A stretch of 64,000 nt of DNA from Camelus ferus (Eukaryota): contig NC_045707.1 in NCBI RefSeq assembly GCF_009834535.1, positions 57,290,001 through 57,354,000 on the forward strand, written 5' to 3'. Both the position numbers and the translations under genes were made by a program. Numbering within the stretch: position 1 is the first letter of the stretch; every line of letters starts with the position of its first letter. Under the pieces are notes generated by a model, which made no database searches, was not told the DNA's origin, and saw nothing but the letters and a program-made list of their open reading frames with translations. Shown piece after piece: positions 1 to 13,950 of the stretch.

Positions 1-26
1 GTGTGTGTGTGTGTGTGTGTGTGTGT
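1..26. repeat. (GT)n microsatellite, truncated by window edge
   Basis: Pure GT run at the window start. Confidence 0.95.
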
Positions 27-59
27 TTTACTAATCATTATTCACTCAGGAAAATAATT

Positions 60-1260
60 TCTCCTTAAGTTCTTCAGAGTTGGTCTTGTTGCTTATGATA
101 ACAACTCTGGTTAAGACATTGGTATTTGGGAGTAGATTGTAGATAGCAGATGCTTAGTGAAGTGAGGATTCTTGGGTTACCTTTGGCCTAAAACTGAAGG
201 GGAATGAAAATATCCTTTTCTAATCATAGGTGAAAAATCTGGCAATGAGGTTACATAAGGTGTAAAGGATTCAAGACTGTAGGGTGGAGTGGCTACTTAT
301 ACTGGAAAGCTTACAGAGAGAGAAAGAAGATAAACCCTGTGTTGTCCGTTTGGTAGCCACTATCCCCATACCTCTAAATAAACCCTGGATACTTGATGAC
401 TTACTGCTTTGGAATAAAACAGTATAAAATATCTCATTGCTAATTGGTATACTGTCTATATGTAGAAATGATAATATTTTAGGTACATTGGATTAAATAA
501 AATAATTAATTTCATGTGTTTACTTTTTATAATGTGACTTCTAGAAAATTTAAAATTATAGAAGACTAGCATTTCTGGTTCACAATTTATGACATTGGTT
601 GAGAGAGAGTGAGGAGACAACAGGGATGGTTATAGGGGTGAAATTCTTAGGGTCTGAAAATATACCCTCATTGTCCAATCCCATTAACCAGATAAAGAAA
701 TTCCCTTCCATTTACTTAAAACACTATAACTCCCTTGCATGAGACTGTTATGTAGACAATTAAGCCGATTTCCTTCATATCCAGTTGTCCATCCTTCAAG
801 GTCTCCAGGCTTCCTCTAGGGCCATATATCAGCATGTATCTTACAGGCTCAGAGTTTCAGAACTCTGACACATATGTGTATAAATGTGTGGGAACATGAG
901 TGAAAATAGAATCCAAGGGTGTGCCACAAAAGAGGGAGTAATATAATCTGAAATCGGGCCGAAGGTATCAATATGAGCACACCTCTCAGAGAGTCTTGAC
1001 TCGGTGTGTTGTCTTAATCAGCTGACATTATTGGCTGATTATTGGCTTCCTTAGAATGACTTGTGACTAGTTACCCATATAACTTGTTCAGACCTTTCAG
1101 GGACTTGGTGCACTGACCCAAGTTAATTCCCAGTATCCCAGACTGCCATTGCAATCTGCCAGTAAGAATGAGAGTTTATTACAGTCAGAGGGTTGGTGGA
1201 GTTCTGACCAAAGTCTGCCTCTTGGCTGACCCAATGAAAGCCAAATTCATAGTGATTTTA
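60..1260 (+). mobile_element. Degenerate ERVL-MaLR LTR 3' end plus internal sequence
   Basis: LTR-end-like 'ctctggttaagaca' is followed by 'ttggtatttgggagt', resembling the LTR/internal junction. 910-1000 'gggtgtg...taatataatctgaaatcgggccgaaggtatcaatatgagcacacctctcagaga' resembles MaLR-int. Boundaries approximate. Confidence 0.55.
420..590. mobile_element. MER33-like hAT-Charlie DNA transposon fragment
   Basis: 'gaaatgataatattttaggtacattggattaaataaaata...aatgtgacttctagaaaatttaaaattata' matches the recalled MER33 consensus. Confidence 0.65.
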
Positions 1261-2689
1261 TTTTGTAACTCCTGAAATTACCTGTAAATCTCATTTCTGC
1301 TGAATTTAACCAGAGTCACAACAGAGGGTGCTTACTGGCTGATTTAGATTTGTGAAATGTAGTAATGTCTTTAACTGATTGGAAAGGGTACTAATGTTTG
1401 TAAGAATACTCCCACTTTTAATTTCATCTTTGAAACTAAATAACTGTGTGGGTTTGAGCATCTACCTTCTTCACTTGTAAAATCAGAACATTTCACTGTT
1501 GTTTGGCTTGCTTCCTAATCTAAAATTCCTGATTCTTTACATCGTAACAGATCTATATGTTAGTCTCTCCAAAGTACATTTACTTTTAACCCAGTGGTTT
1601 GTCAGCTCACACCCCAAATATTCACATGTTAGTAGAATTAGAATTATTGTCAAAGCCTGCTCTAAACCTGAGGTTTTTTATTTTTCTGCTTAATTACATA
1701 TATATTCACCAAAGTTCTAAAACATGAAACTACATTCACCAGTTTATCTCTTGAAAAAGTTGTTTCTCCCTATTTATTTTTAACCATGCGATTAAAGGCT
1801 TTGATTTTTAATGTACAACAGGTACAACAAACCAACTTCTTTAGTCTACAATAAAACAATCTCCAGGGCAAAGAGGAAGACAAATATAAACAGAATAATT
1901 TTACAAATATATCACAGCAATTGTGGTAAGTGCCACAAAGTCTAATAGGGTGGCTTTGAGATTACATAATGAAGCACCTGACAGATACCTGCATCTGAAA
2001 GAGGCAATGTATATTTCAGAGACATGCTAAAGGTGAAATCTGCATCACTCTAAGGCTGGCAGCTGACAGAGTACAGAGCTTCTCCAGCTGATGTTTAAAG
2101 CAGACCAAACTGAAGCTCAGGGTAATGTGTGGGGTGCCAGTCTGCTGACATCAAAACGCTTTGTTAATCCCTGTTTCCTCTTGGAGTTCTGGAACCTGAA
2201 ACCTCAAAGGGCTTAGATCCAGGTTTCCTCCCCTCACCAGTCCCAAATAGGTGTTTATATCACTTGAGAAACGTAGGAATGAAAAGGCAGATGCCTTCTG
2301 GTTGCTTCAAACATTGAGATATCTGCAAAACTCTCCCTTATATGTGTGCAGCCTCTCCTTCTGGTTATTTTCACTTCCTTTTAAACTAAAAGGATGAAAG
2401 TTCCTACCTACAGTAAATAAATCCAGAATTTTCCTTAAGAAGCAGAGTGCCATAAAAATCCACTATCCACAAAGCAGAAAGTAGATTCTCTTTTAGGCTA
2501 GTGTCCTCGTTTTCTTTGCCACTTTCGTTTAATTTAGATTCTTGGGCCTGAGTTTATTTTCACAGAGGTATTTATAGAGAGAAGAAGGAAAGACAGAGGA
2601 GTTTAAATTTGAATTTCTCCAATGCCTTCAAGATATCAGGGCTTTCTCTAAGAGACATGAATGTATTTCCTTCGTAGTGACAGCTTCCT

Positions 2690-2910
2690 AAACATAACAG
2701 CTGGGTTAAGCGCCAGGCTCTGGAGAGAGTAGGCTCAGTTATTACTTATATTGTCACCTACATGGGAAAACCACTCAATCACCTAGGCCTCGACTTTCCA
2801 GTCCGTAAAACGTGAGCAATAAGATTGGATAAAATATATTTCTGAAGTATTTGGCACAGTGCCTGGGCAATATCGGTCAATGAGCATTAGCTATTAACAT
2901 AGCCATCATT
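2690..2910 (+). mobile_element. MIR SINE
   Basis: 'gggttaagcgccaggctctggag...cctcgactttccagtccgtaaaacg...tggcacagtgcctgg...tattagc'-type MIR head, core and tail. Confidence 0.65.
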
Positions 2911-3159
2911 ATTATCTTTTACAAACAGCCAATACCAGAAGAGTGGTGGAAGTGGGGAGAGAGGGGGAAGGGGAGACACAGAAAGATAGACAGAGACAGA
3001 AACATAGTCACGTTACAGAGGCAGCCTCTGAAAACATTTTAATTTACATAAAACCTATGTTCACCCACATTATACATTTTAACCACGTTCATTAACTATG
3101 CATCTTTGGACTGACCTTTATTTATTTATTGCATTACAAAGCAGCACATTGCAATATTT

Positions 3160-3395
3160 AAAAGTAAGTTCTTTGGAGTCACAATACTTGGATATAAATG
3201 CAGTCTCTACCATGTGCAAGCTCTGCAATGTCAGACAAGTTGCCTCTCCCCGAGCCTGTTATTACATCCTTAATGCAAGAGTGAGAATAGTGCCTACCTC
3301 ATAGGGTTGTGAGGATTGAATGAGATAACGTACGTAAAGTTCTCAGAACACAGCCCAACACAAGTTAAACACTTAAGAAATGTTAATGAATTATA
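3160..3395 (+). mobile_element. MIR SINE
   Basis: 'gaatagtgcctacctcatagggttgtgaggattgaatgagataacgtacgtaaag' is the canonical MIR core. Confidence 0.85.
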
Positions 3396-3597
3396 ATTAC
3401 ATTGTAGGATATCATAGATTTTTGATGTTCTACCCCAGAATCAATAGTGTCCTCTCATGGCTTATCCTATAAAGCCTGTTTAAGGATTTTGCTCAGTGTC
3501 GCAAGAGCTCATCTATCAAATTTTCATTCAAAAGTTTAGGCTAAAACATGCAGTGTTGCCAAATCTCAGATTTTTAGGATTGATTTAAGCAATTCCA

Positions 3598-4055
3598 TGG
3601 TATTAGTCAGGATTCAATTGTAAAAAATAAAGAAACCACTCTGATATTTCAAACAGGAATACATTTAATACAGTGAACTAGTGACTGAAAAGTACACAGG
3701 AGGTGCTGGAGAAGCAGTGACTGTGGAAAGAGCTCACTGTTACTCGCTATTACTGAGTTGTAACACCAGCCTTGAGAGGATTAGGAAGTGCAGGAATCAC
3801 AGGAAAGTTCCACCACTGATCTCAGCTCACCACTACACCTGATGACCAACTTTCAGGGGATCCAAATGAGCTGCAAAGCAACACATCTGTTGAAGCCCAT
3901 GGGGTCTCCTCTCTGGACGAAGAATAATGATATCTGCTTCTCTTTGATATTTCGAACTTTGTGGCCTTTGTTTGGTGGACTCTAATCCCAGAAACCTACT
4001 GGCAAGAGATTCTAGGAAATGTATTTCCTGGACTTGCAGTTCCTAGACTGTGTGA
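3598..4055. mobile_element. Old MLT1-type (MaLR) LTR
   Basis: Starts 'tattagtcaggattcaattg...agaaaccactctgatatttcaaacaggaatacatttaatacag', typical of old MLT1 LTR ends. Confidence 0.6.
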
Positions 4056-6700
4056 TATGAGGACAGAAAGGGAAATAAACAAGGGTTCAGGCTGGTTGGT
4101 CTCAAAGAAAATAATAGGCAACCTAGTCATTCCTTTGACAGTTCAGCGTTCACATAGAACCTTCTACCTAAATTCCAATTTAAAAATAACACTCTTAAAT
4201 CTAATGTATTCCAATTACTTCTTATTCAAATAAATAAGTGCTCTCACTCTCTCCCTATAAAGGCAAGATCCCAAATTCCATCAGTTACTTTATCCAAATT
4301 AGGGTGATATACTTAATCTTTCTACTTGGGTCACAATCCCTTTTGAGCAAACATTAACCTAAACAATAAATTATAAAGTTAACCACCACCAAATTACTTT
4401 GTATAAAATAGGAGAAGGAAAAATAATGTAGGTTAATATACATAAATATGTTCATAAGAAATCAAGGAAGAAACTATATCTGGGCACTATAGTGATGTCT
4501 GCACCTGGATGTGAATCAGTAGTTGATATTAAAACTTCCTTTTTTCTGACAACTCTTCTGTGTTCTTTTTGTCCTCAGCTGTTTGTGGTTCTTTACCTGC
4601 TGGAATGCCCTTGGTTTCAGTGGTTCCACCTGCATTTGGTGGCTACAGTCCTCCATTAACTTCTCCCACCACAGATGGAAGCAGTGAGCATTTCCCAGAG
4701 AATCCCCTCTGTTTCACAGGCCACTCCATTGTGTATCAGAGACCTTGTTTTCATTAGTAGTGAGAACCATTCACCCCAAACTGTTCAGTACATGCTTTCT
4801 TTGTCTGTTGGCTCATTGGCCATCTCAACTTCTGGTTTTAGAGAAATTTTGTTTGGTCCCATGGTAGGCGTATTCCTTCCTTGGAATCAGGGAGCCCAAA
4901 GTTGTTAGGATAGGAATTGAGACAACAATAGTAAGGAGATGAATCACTCCCCCTATTCCCTTAATTCCAGACCCATGTGTTCTGATTGTACTTTTAGGTG
5001 ACTGGGTGAAGGTGCATCCCAGGGTATCAGTTTATTGCCTCACTTACTGCATGGGAAAAAATTGGGGGGATTCTATGACAGTGAGTAAGGCATTCTGTGA
5101 GTCCAAGGTGGATGCTTCTGGGAAAAGATTATGGGACTGGGAAGGAATATCCATGTACATAGTATCTATTTCACAGAGCTCAAATTACTACCCTTCATAA
5201 GATATAAAAATTCAGTGTATCGGTTTGCCACCTGCTGACCGGCTGGTCCTAGGGAACAGTGCCGTGCTGGGGACTCAGCTTTCATTCCAAGTGTTGACAG
5301 ACTGGGTATGTAGCAATAGTGTTCATTGGCCAGATTAGCCGTGGAGAAGATACGCCCATGTGGCTTAAGTTTTGTACAACTTCCACCTAAACAACCTTCG
5401 ACTCTTTGTTCTTGAATTCATTGAGCAAACACTGGAGTGGCTGTTGAAAGAGACTGATTAACATCCACAAGTCAGGTCATCTTCCCTACTGGATTATTGA
5501 GAGTCTCTGCAGTGTATGCCCCATGATGAGGCAGTATATATATGAGATACAAGTATCCTGACACTCAGTAATTACCTAAAAGATCCTCTTCTGTTGCTCT
5601 CCCATTGACCTCCTCCTCTGACTTCCTTGTCACTAATGCTCCAAATCTCTTCCATGTTCATCAGTATTCAGTAAATCCACTGAAACCATCTATTAATGGG
5701 TATATACAGACTTCTGATGGTTGAACTTACGATTTTTGAGCTTTACAGTGATGCAAAAGCTGTACACATTCAGTGAAAGCTGTACTTCAAGTTTTAGATT
5801 TTGATCTTTTCCTGGGCTAGTGAAGTGCTGTATGATACCCTCGTGTGATTCTGGGCAGCAGTGGTGAGCCTCAGCTCCTGGCCAGCCACACGAGGTTAAA
5901 CTACTAATACATCCACAACCATTCTGTACCTGTACAGCCATTCTGTTTGCCACTTTTACCACAATATTCAAAAATTACATGAGGTATTCAACACTTTGTT
6001 GTAAAATAGGCTGTGTGTTGGATGATTTGCCTGTAGGCTAGTGTAAGTGTTCTGAGCACGTTTAAGGTAGGCTCGGCTAAGTTATGATGTTCAGTAGGTT
6101 AGGGGTTTAAATGTATTTTCAGCTTAGAATATTTTCAACTTACAATGGGTTTATCGTAAGTCAAGGAAGATCTTTATCCACATATCTTGTCATCTTCATG
6201 ACCAGCAAAGTAAAACACTAAATGCCCTGCTCAAGGTCCTGCGCACTAGGAAGATTTCCCACTGTCTTCCAGGACCCTGACTGAGTGGAGTTGTTATGTT
6301 ATATTGTGTACTTCTAACTGGTTGCAAATCTGTTTTCACGTGTAAGCCACTCCTGAAAGTTTCCTTTCTTACTCATTTGGCTATAAGAAACTCCCCATGA
6401 AGTTGCAATGCATGTTAAGGGAGAGGTGGCAATGTGTGTTGCCTGCAGAATCTAAAGTTGTTTGTTTTGTTTTTTTTCTCTATTGCAGGGGGTGAGGTGT
6501 AAGGTGTAGTAATCTGTCTTTTACTCTGGAGGGAATATGTCAGCATGACCTAGGCCACTGGCACTTTGGAAACTTCACTGAGATAGCAGGCCCCAAAATA
6601 ATCAATACAGCTTACTCCCCAACTTCTGGCACATTGTGTGTCATGCCAAGGCATCTGAGGTGTTTGTTGATTCTTGACAACCGGATCTAAAGAGGATATT
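4056..6700 (-). mobile_element. Degenerate ERVL/MaLR internal sequence, interrupted by a Tigger
   Basis: Continues from the LTR. Motifs such as 'attccagacccatgtgttctgattg' and 'tttgccacctgctgaccggctggtcct' resemble reverse-strand MaLR/ERVL internal sequence. No intact ORF. Confidence 0.5.
5707..6174 (-). mobile_element. Tigger5/MER47-family DNA transposon
   Basis: 'gatggttgaacttacgattttt...gttctgagcacgtttaaggtaggctcggctaagttatgatgttcagtaggttagg...atcgtaagtcaaggaagatct' matches MER47/Tigger5. Flanked by TA at 5705-5706 and 6175-6176. Confidence 0.8.
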
Positions 6701-8084
6701 TTCAGTGTGCTAAACCCCAAACCCTATGAGTTGAAGAGATATTTAAGAGTCCTGTAGAGAATTCCTGTGGTGAGTCAGAAAATTAAAATAACCCTGGTAG
6801 GTGAAATAAAACTGCTACTAGTAATATTTTTTGTGGGTTTCACTTCAAAGAGAGACTAAAAGTTTTTCATTTATGTGAGTGACTGCTTTAGGAAGATTCA
6901 AACTTGGTTGAAAAGAAAAATATTTTCATATCTAATAAGCAGATTTATGAAACAAAGCTGGTGAATAAAAGTGATATCCAAAAATAAGAGTGTTATGTAA
7001 AAAGAATAAGTAATCATGTAAAATGTCAAGAAGTGGCAAAGTGGGATCGTAGGATAGAAGTTAGAAATTAAAAATGAATTTTAGTGAGCTAATGAATATG
7101 AGACACAAGTACAGATACGGTAAAGAAAAATAAAACAATGATTGCAAAGAATGCTAGGTTGATCTACTCATGAGTGATTCTGTCCACCATAAGTATTTCT
7201 CTTGTTAAATTAGTAACTATGAAAGAAAAATATCCACAGTGGTGAAAGCATATATGACTGGTATAGAAGAAAAACAACATTTTGCTGCAGTGCTGATGCC
7301 AGAAAAAACGTAGATTCTATCTGAAATTTAATTGTGCCCAATGTTCATCTTTATGTAGATATTTAAAACTCAAATATGCTGATTCATTATTTTCATTTTC
7401 GTGGTTGCTATTCTTCTGAAAAAAATTTAAGTATTTCTCTTGAATAATTTAGTATTGTTCTCTCCTAGTAAGGTTGGTCTCCTTCATGCTACTGCTGTAA
7501 ATTAGAATGATATTGCTGGTTCTAGAAATAGCTTGCTTTGCTTCAGCTCAAACATTAATAAATACAAAAACATGTATTTCCCCCCAAATTCCTTCTAGTT
7601 TAACATTATTTAATAACTCTTTTAGTATTTTAACTTTCACATTTTACGACGTTTGTTTTATGGTAATGTACATTTAACAGATTTTTTTAAAAATTGGAAT
7701 ATATGTCTAGATTCTTTAATTTTACTAAGTCTTAAATTGTCAGCATTCCACATTCTTAATGTGGCAGTGCTGTAAGGGATCGAGAAAGAAGCATCGTTAA
7801 AAGTTTGTGTTAGGCATCCATGTAGCAGGATTAACGTCACGTTGACTCCAGTATGAAGCATAAATGCTCTCATCTGGTAACTTATAATCTAATTTACAAA
7901 ACATTCTGAATCTCTCCTCATTTTATACATCTGTGAATAAAATGATTTTAATGTCATTTCATTGTTTTATAGCTTGTTTTGTATTTTATAACTTACAATT
8001 CTAAGTATTTGTCAACGTAAGAGGTTAAATCGCTAGCATTCTGTTCTTAGATTTGTTTTGTTTTATTTTCAGATCTCAGCTCTA

Positions 8085-9360
8085 TTTTTTAAAATTGCAG
8101 TTTTATGGAGATATAATTCACATACCATAAAATTCAACTATTTAAAGTGTACAATTTGGTAGTTTTTAGTATATTCAGCACTGTCTAATTTGAGAACATT
8201 TGATCACTCCCAAAAGAAACCTGATAGCAATAATTACTCATTCCTCCTTCACCTCGGTTCCTAGAAATCACTATCCACTTTTTGTCCTTAGGAATTTAGC
8301 TTTTCTATCCATTTCATATGAATGGAATCATACATGTGGTCTTTTTGATCTAGTTTCATTCACTTACAATGATATTTTCAAGTTTCATCCATATTGTAGC
8401 ACGTACCCAGTACTTTATTCTTTTATGGACAAATAGAACTATATGAATATACCATATTCTGTTTATCCATTCATCAGTTGATTGATATTTAGGTTGTTTC
8501 TACAGTATGGCTACTATAAATAATGCTGCACTAAACATTCATACACAAGTTTTTATGTGGACTTGTGCTTTCAATTGTCTTATATACTTCATAGTATATA
8601 TGGGTATATATATACTTCAAAGATGAAATGCTGCATCATATAGTAACTCTGTGTTTAACATTTTGAAAAAATGTGCAGCTGTTTTACAAAGTGGTTATAG
8701 CATTTTAGAATCCCATCAGCAATGTATTAGGGTTCCTATTTCTCCACACTCAAACCAGCACTTGGTATTATGTCTGTTTTGTTTTAGCCATCCTTTTGTG
8801 TGAAAAGTGTAGTTTTACACTTCATTGTAGTTTTAATTTGCATTTCCCTGATGTTGTGCCTTTTCATGTGTATTGTTTTCCATTGGTTTATTTTCTTTGA
8901 AAGGCCTATTAACATCTTTTGCCCATTTTAAATTAGATAATTTGTCATTTTGTTTTTGAGTTGTAAGAGTCCTTTGTATATCTGGATCCAAGTCACTTAT
9001 TAGACATATGATTTGCAAATTTTCTTCCCTTTGGTAAATTTTCTTCCGTTCTTTGGAAGGTCTTTTTATTTTATTGATGTTGCTTTTTTAAAGTTTAAAG
9101 TTTTTGCTTTGATGAAGATGAATTTATCTGTTTTTGCTTTTTGTTGCTTGTGCCTTTGGTGTCATACTTAAGAAACCATTGCCTAATCCAAAATAAGAAA
9201 GATTTACTCATGTTTTCTTCTAAGATATTTATAGGTTTTGCTATTACATTTAGGTTTCTGATCCATTTTGAGTTAATTTTTGTATATGGTGTAAGGTAGG
9301 GGTTCAGCTTCATTCTTTTGCATGTGGATATCCAGTATTATTTATTGAAAAGACTATCCC
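8085..9360 (-). mobile_element. Old LINE-1 (L1M-type) 3' portion with decayed ORF2 C-terminus
   Basis: ORF 9095-9313(-) reads MKLNPYLTPYTKINSKWIRNLNV..KPINILEEN, an L1 ORF2 C-terminal motif. Typical L1 3' UTR 'gagatataattcacataccataaaattcaac' at ~8110. Confidence 0.9.
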
Positions 9361-9599
9361 AGTTGTCGATGTCTATAACTAGCATTTCTATTTGTTTCTC
9401 ATCTATGAAATATGTATATATTTAGCATAATAGTATAAATAAATACACTGAAAGAATATATATCAGAATAAATAAATTTCTCTCCTCTTCGACAAAATTT
9501 ATTTTAAAAACCTAGGTTAAAATTTTTTATGACTGTTTCTGTCTCTGCATGTACCTACCTGGATTAGTATAAAAGTTATTTTCTATTATCTATGTTTGT

Positions 9600-10020
9600 T
9601 GGCAGCTTAGCAACCATTCCTGAATTCTGTGTCTGTTTCCCTTGCCAACAGGATTATGGCCTAGATTTACCAATCAAAGGCACTCATGTGAGAAACAAAA
9701 AGCATTGCTCTCGGTCAACAGTGGGATATATTTGAGCTTCAGCAGATGTAAAGTTTTGCAATAGCCTCTGAGAATTTCCCTGAAAATTATCTGCCTTGGA
9801 GTTTCAAGCACCTGTAAAGATGCACAGTGTATCCCTACATTTTCTGAAATGACCTGAGTCTCAGAAAGCTAGCAGTGAATCTGAAAGTTATGATGACTTT
9901 TCCTTACCTTTACTCTTCCAACATACACAATGGTTTTCCAGGCTTCCAATTCTTTGTATTAAATCTCTTCCTTCTTGAATTATTTAGAGCAATTTTGTTT
10001 CTTTTTGAAGTATAACTGAT
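9600..10020 (+). mobile_element. LTR33-like ERVL LTR
   Basis: 3' end 'ttgtattaaatctcttccttcttgaattatttagagcaattttgtttct...actgata' resembles LTR33-family termini. Confidence 0.5.
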
Positions 10021-10649
10021 ATATTTATGTTGAGGATATGCTACACACATATTTTTAAGTACTATGGAATCAAAATTGTATCCACACGTTTAACAGATTT
10101 TTTGGAAACCTTAACTATTGTAAGAGGCTTTCTCATGCTGCCATCTCCCTTGCCTTGATATTGCTGGGGCTTCGTCTGGAATATCTACAAAAAAGGAAAG
10201 TTTTCCACTCATGCTCCTTGCTGAGGGGCCTGTGCATAATGGGTGGACTCCACTTTCTGTCCCCTGGAAAATCACAGCCCACAAAAGTTTCTTCCTATTT
10301 TCTTTCTTCGTATTTTCACCAGATGTTTCCTCATGGACAACGTGTAGAACCTTCTCTGATTCCTTATGGGAGGACTGAGTCTGTGGGAGTGCATGGAGAG
10401 AGAAGAGTCCTGGTTTCTATTTTTCATCTTGGAAAAAGAGCTCCCAGAGTGTAGTTCTCTGTTCATTTTATTTTTCAGCTGGTTGTCCCACTCCCTCCTG
10501 TATAATACATTCAGGTACTACAACCGAGGTGCATAGATAATGGAGACTGATGGAGGTGTTGATGTCTATAAATACACGACTAAAGACTACATTTTCTGAT
10601 TACCAACTCTGTTCCAGGTTCTGTAAGATGATTTTATTTTAAAAAGAGC

Positions 10650-10870
10650 TACCACTTTTAGTGCACACTACCTTAACACCAGGCACTATGCTAAGGAGTT
10701 TGTAATTATTGTCTTATTAATTTTATGAGGTAGGTACTCTTATCATTTCAATTTTATTAATGAAAAACAGACTTTAAAAGATTAAATAATATCCCACAAT
10801 CACAGAGTTACTATGTCACAGAACTGGTTTTCAAACCCAGGTCTGTATAGCCCTGAAGCCCATATTTTTT
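10650..10870 (-). mobile_element. MIR SINE
   Basis: 'ccaggcactatgctaagg...atgaggtaggtactcttatcatttcaattttattaatgaaaaacagac...ttcaaacccaggtctg' is a reverse MIR. Confidence 0.75.
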
Positions 10871-12206
10871 AGGTCAGTCAATGCTGTGACTTACATTTGT
10901 GCATATATTATAGCAGTTTATATCTCTCTCCTGTATTATTCCAATCCACCGTCCATTACCACGGGTGCTTGGCTTTTATAAGCAAATCATATAGTCACCT
11001 TTGCTCATAAGTTTTCAGTGGTTCCCTGCCTCCTACACTCTTTAGTATGGCTCAAAAGCCACTTGCTGATTTGACCCCTAGGACCTACTGAGTCTTAGTT
11101 CCCCTTGTTTCCTCCAAACTGTGTGTTATTGTAACATGTTTTCCCTCTGCCTGGAATGCTTACATGACTGGAAACTCATCATCATTCTTCAAGCCTTACC
11201 TCCAAACCTCACCTTCTCTGTGAAGGTTTTATAAACTTAATTTCTTCAGGAAGACTTGGACATAACTTCACCTCTACTCTCATTGCTTCTTGTATATTTG
11301 TGTGAGGAAATTATGCTTTAGTCGTAGGTTTATTGTAAAGATGAAATAAGATTATCCATGTACAAGACCCAATGGAACACCTAGCACACAGTAAATGCTC
11401 ATCAAAATATTAGTTACTTTTGCATTTTTATTACTGAGCATTATCCAAAAACATAAAACTAGAGCATTGCAATTTTATTTACTTTTTCTATAGCTATCCA
11501 CTTTTTATTGTTCTACCTTTTATACAATAAGTTCTTCTACTTAGTGTTTGTGTTTCTGACCAGAGAGAAGGCCCTGGGAATATTCTAGGCATGGCTTGTT
11601 GGCTATTATTTACCTCCTGCTGAAACTGTGTAGTTGGTTACCAAACCAAATTTGAAAGACTTTAGGCCTTCAAATGGAAATAATTTGCTATGATGATGTA
11701 CACGTTGGTTAGTATTTAAATAGTATGCTTGGGAAGAATCAAAGTGGACCCGAGGATCTCTGGTGATGGCAGAAAAGAACCATCACTTCACTTGTTCAGT
11801 TATTTAAAATTTAGTGATGCTCAGCCTGCTTTGGGAGGCAGCTTGATAAAGCCACACAAGCTCTTTGCCTGCTCTGTTGGCTGCCACCCAGGCATGCTGG
11901 TGAAGGTACCGTCTCTTCACTAAAAGGAAGAAGAGGATACAGTGGAACTCACAGACTGTTAAGGCAGACTTCTAATTCCTTCCCCTCTGTTAGTGGAGCT
12001 CAGGCAGTGTGTCCTCAGTCAGAGCCAACAGTAAAGTGGCCTCAGGTTCTTAGACTGAAAATAAGTACGTATATGTGAATCTGTCATGACATTGTCATCC
12101 TAAAACATAAAAAGAACTTGAGACAAACCGGCATTACTAATGCACTATCTTCTTTATCTTTATAACCGTAATTCTTAGCAGTATTTTGGTCCTAAACCAG
12201 ACACTG

Positions 12207-12375
12207 AGTAAAAGATAAAAGGAAAAAAAGAAGAAAGAAAGAAAGAGGAAGGAAGGAAAGAAGAAAGAAAAAAAGGGAGGGGGAGGAAAGAAAGAAAGGA
12301 AGGAAGGAAAAGGAAAGGAGAGAAAGGAAAAGGAAAGTTAAGGTAAAGAAAGGAAAGAAAACAAAAGGAAGGGAT
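12207..12375. repeat. Purine-rich (GAAA/GGAA)n low-complexity tract
   Basis: About 170 bp of almost pure A/G. It explains the F/L/S-rich minus-strand ORFs. Confidence 0.9.
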
Positions 12376-13719
12376 GGTTGGAGGTGACATTTCTCCTTTT
12401 TACTGACTACACCACAGCTTTTTTTCATTTTCCTGCTTCCTATATCTCTGGAATGTTTTCTACTAAAAAGTTTTTTTTCTCCACACCCTTTTGCATTATA
12501 CTACCCTGCTGCAGCCAGTGTCTATTTGTATCCCTTGTTTTCTACCCAGAGCTGCCGTGAAAGACATAACTAGCGCTTTCCTGGATAGACAAGAAGAAAA
12601 CACAACCTCTTAAAGTCACAAATGCCTCCGTGACTTGCTTAGGTCCATTAACTGTGAGCAGCGGGAAGGAGTGCCTCTTTGTTTATTTTGGGTGGAAGCA
12701 TTGCCGAGTAGAGGGCGAACTTTGATGCTCTCCTTCCCAAGGCACATGTGGAAGCACCAAGTTGAAAGAGTGCCTTTACTTGTGAACTCGCAGATCCTTG
12801 TGTCACCGTGATCTACACAGCTTTCTGGCTAATCCAAGTTCATATATAACATAAATAAATGGTAAATGTTATTTTAAGTGACCAAGATGTTACTATTGTA
12901 ACATAATCTTGCATGTTCTGAATAATACAAATATACATTTTCTTTATGCACATGGATTGGAAACAGACATCAGTCCTTTCAGGCCAGTAAAAGACCCCAT
13001 TTTATCGATCAGACCATAGATAGAGGGAACTTCCTAGACATACACTTCTTTTTCATAAGGTTGATCACTTGGGCTGCACAAGTTATTAGCTACAATGAGT
13101 TTCAGTCTGACCTCACAGCATTACTGGGCAGTCTCTCAGGATCTTGGCAGAAATTCTTTATCTCTGTACTTGTGAGTGAAAAGGAAGGGCTTCCAGGTTG
13201 CATGCCCCATTTGAAGCAATAACATAGAAAAATCTCTGGCTTACAATGAATAGCCACTTCAAGTAGAATAGCCACTATTTCTATTTTAACTTTTATCCTG
13301 ATAAAAGGTTGATTCAAATGACTCAAAGAATTCTTTCCTAGTCCAACACCCTTCTTACAAATAAGTTCTGCCTCCTGAAAAATGATTGCTGTTAATCCAA
13401 TTTTGTTTGGTTCACTGTATTCCTAATTATACTCAGTTCCAGCCTAACTCCTAAGATCTGATACAGTCCAGCATTCCTTTGGTTGCTGTTTCATAGTAAT
13501 AAAGGTCAGCTGGAGTTACTCACAGATTTTATGAAATGTAGGAGGCTGGGTCATTCTGGTTTCCTTTTTCTTGTTTCAGGAAAAATCAAGGGTGTGATTG
13601 GAGCAGAACTGTTTCATTATTTCCCAGCGATGTGTCTGTAGTTCTAAACTAAATTAAACACATCAGCCTGACAACAATAATTACGTTCCTGACGAGGAAA
13701 CTCTTAAGAACCTTAGCAT

Positions 13720-13950
13720 TTTTCATTTATTTATTCATTGAACAAATATTTACTTTATGATGATAGTAGTGCAGGCAGTTTTCTACGTACTGGGTGTCCT
13801 GCCCTCATGGAGACACCAGACAGTATACAGGAAATGAAATGAACCAGTAAGTGTCAGATAAGTGATAAGGGCTACAAATAAAATTAAACAGATATGGGAC
13901 TAGGCGGTGCCTGAGGTGAGTCACCTTAGTTTGGGTGGTCAGGAAGGACT
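13720..13950. mobile_element. L2 LINE 3' fragment
   Basis: 'tttattcattgaacaaatattta...cctgccctcatggag...gggtggtcaggaaggactcc' are L2 signatures. Confidence 0.65.
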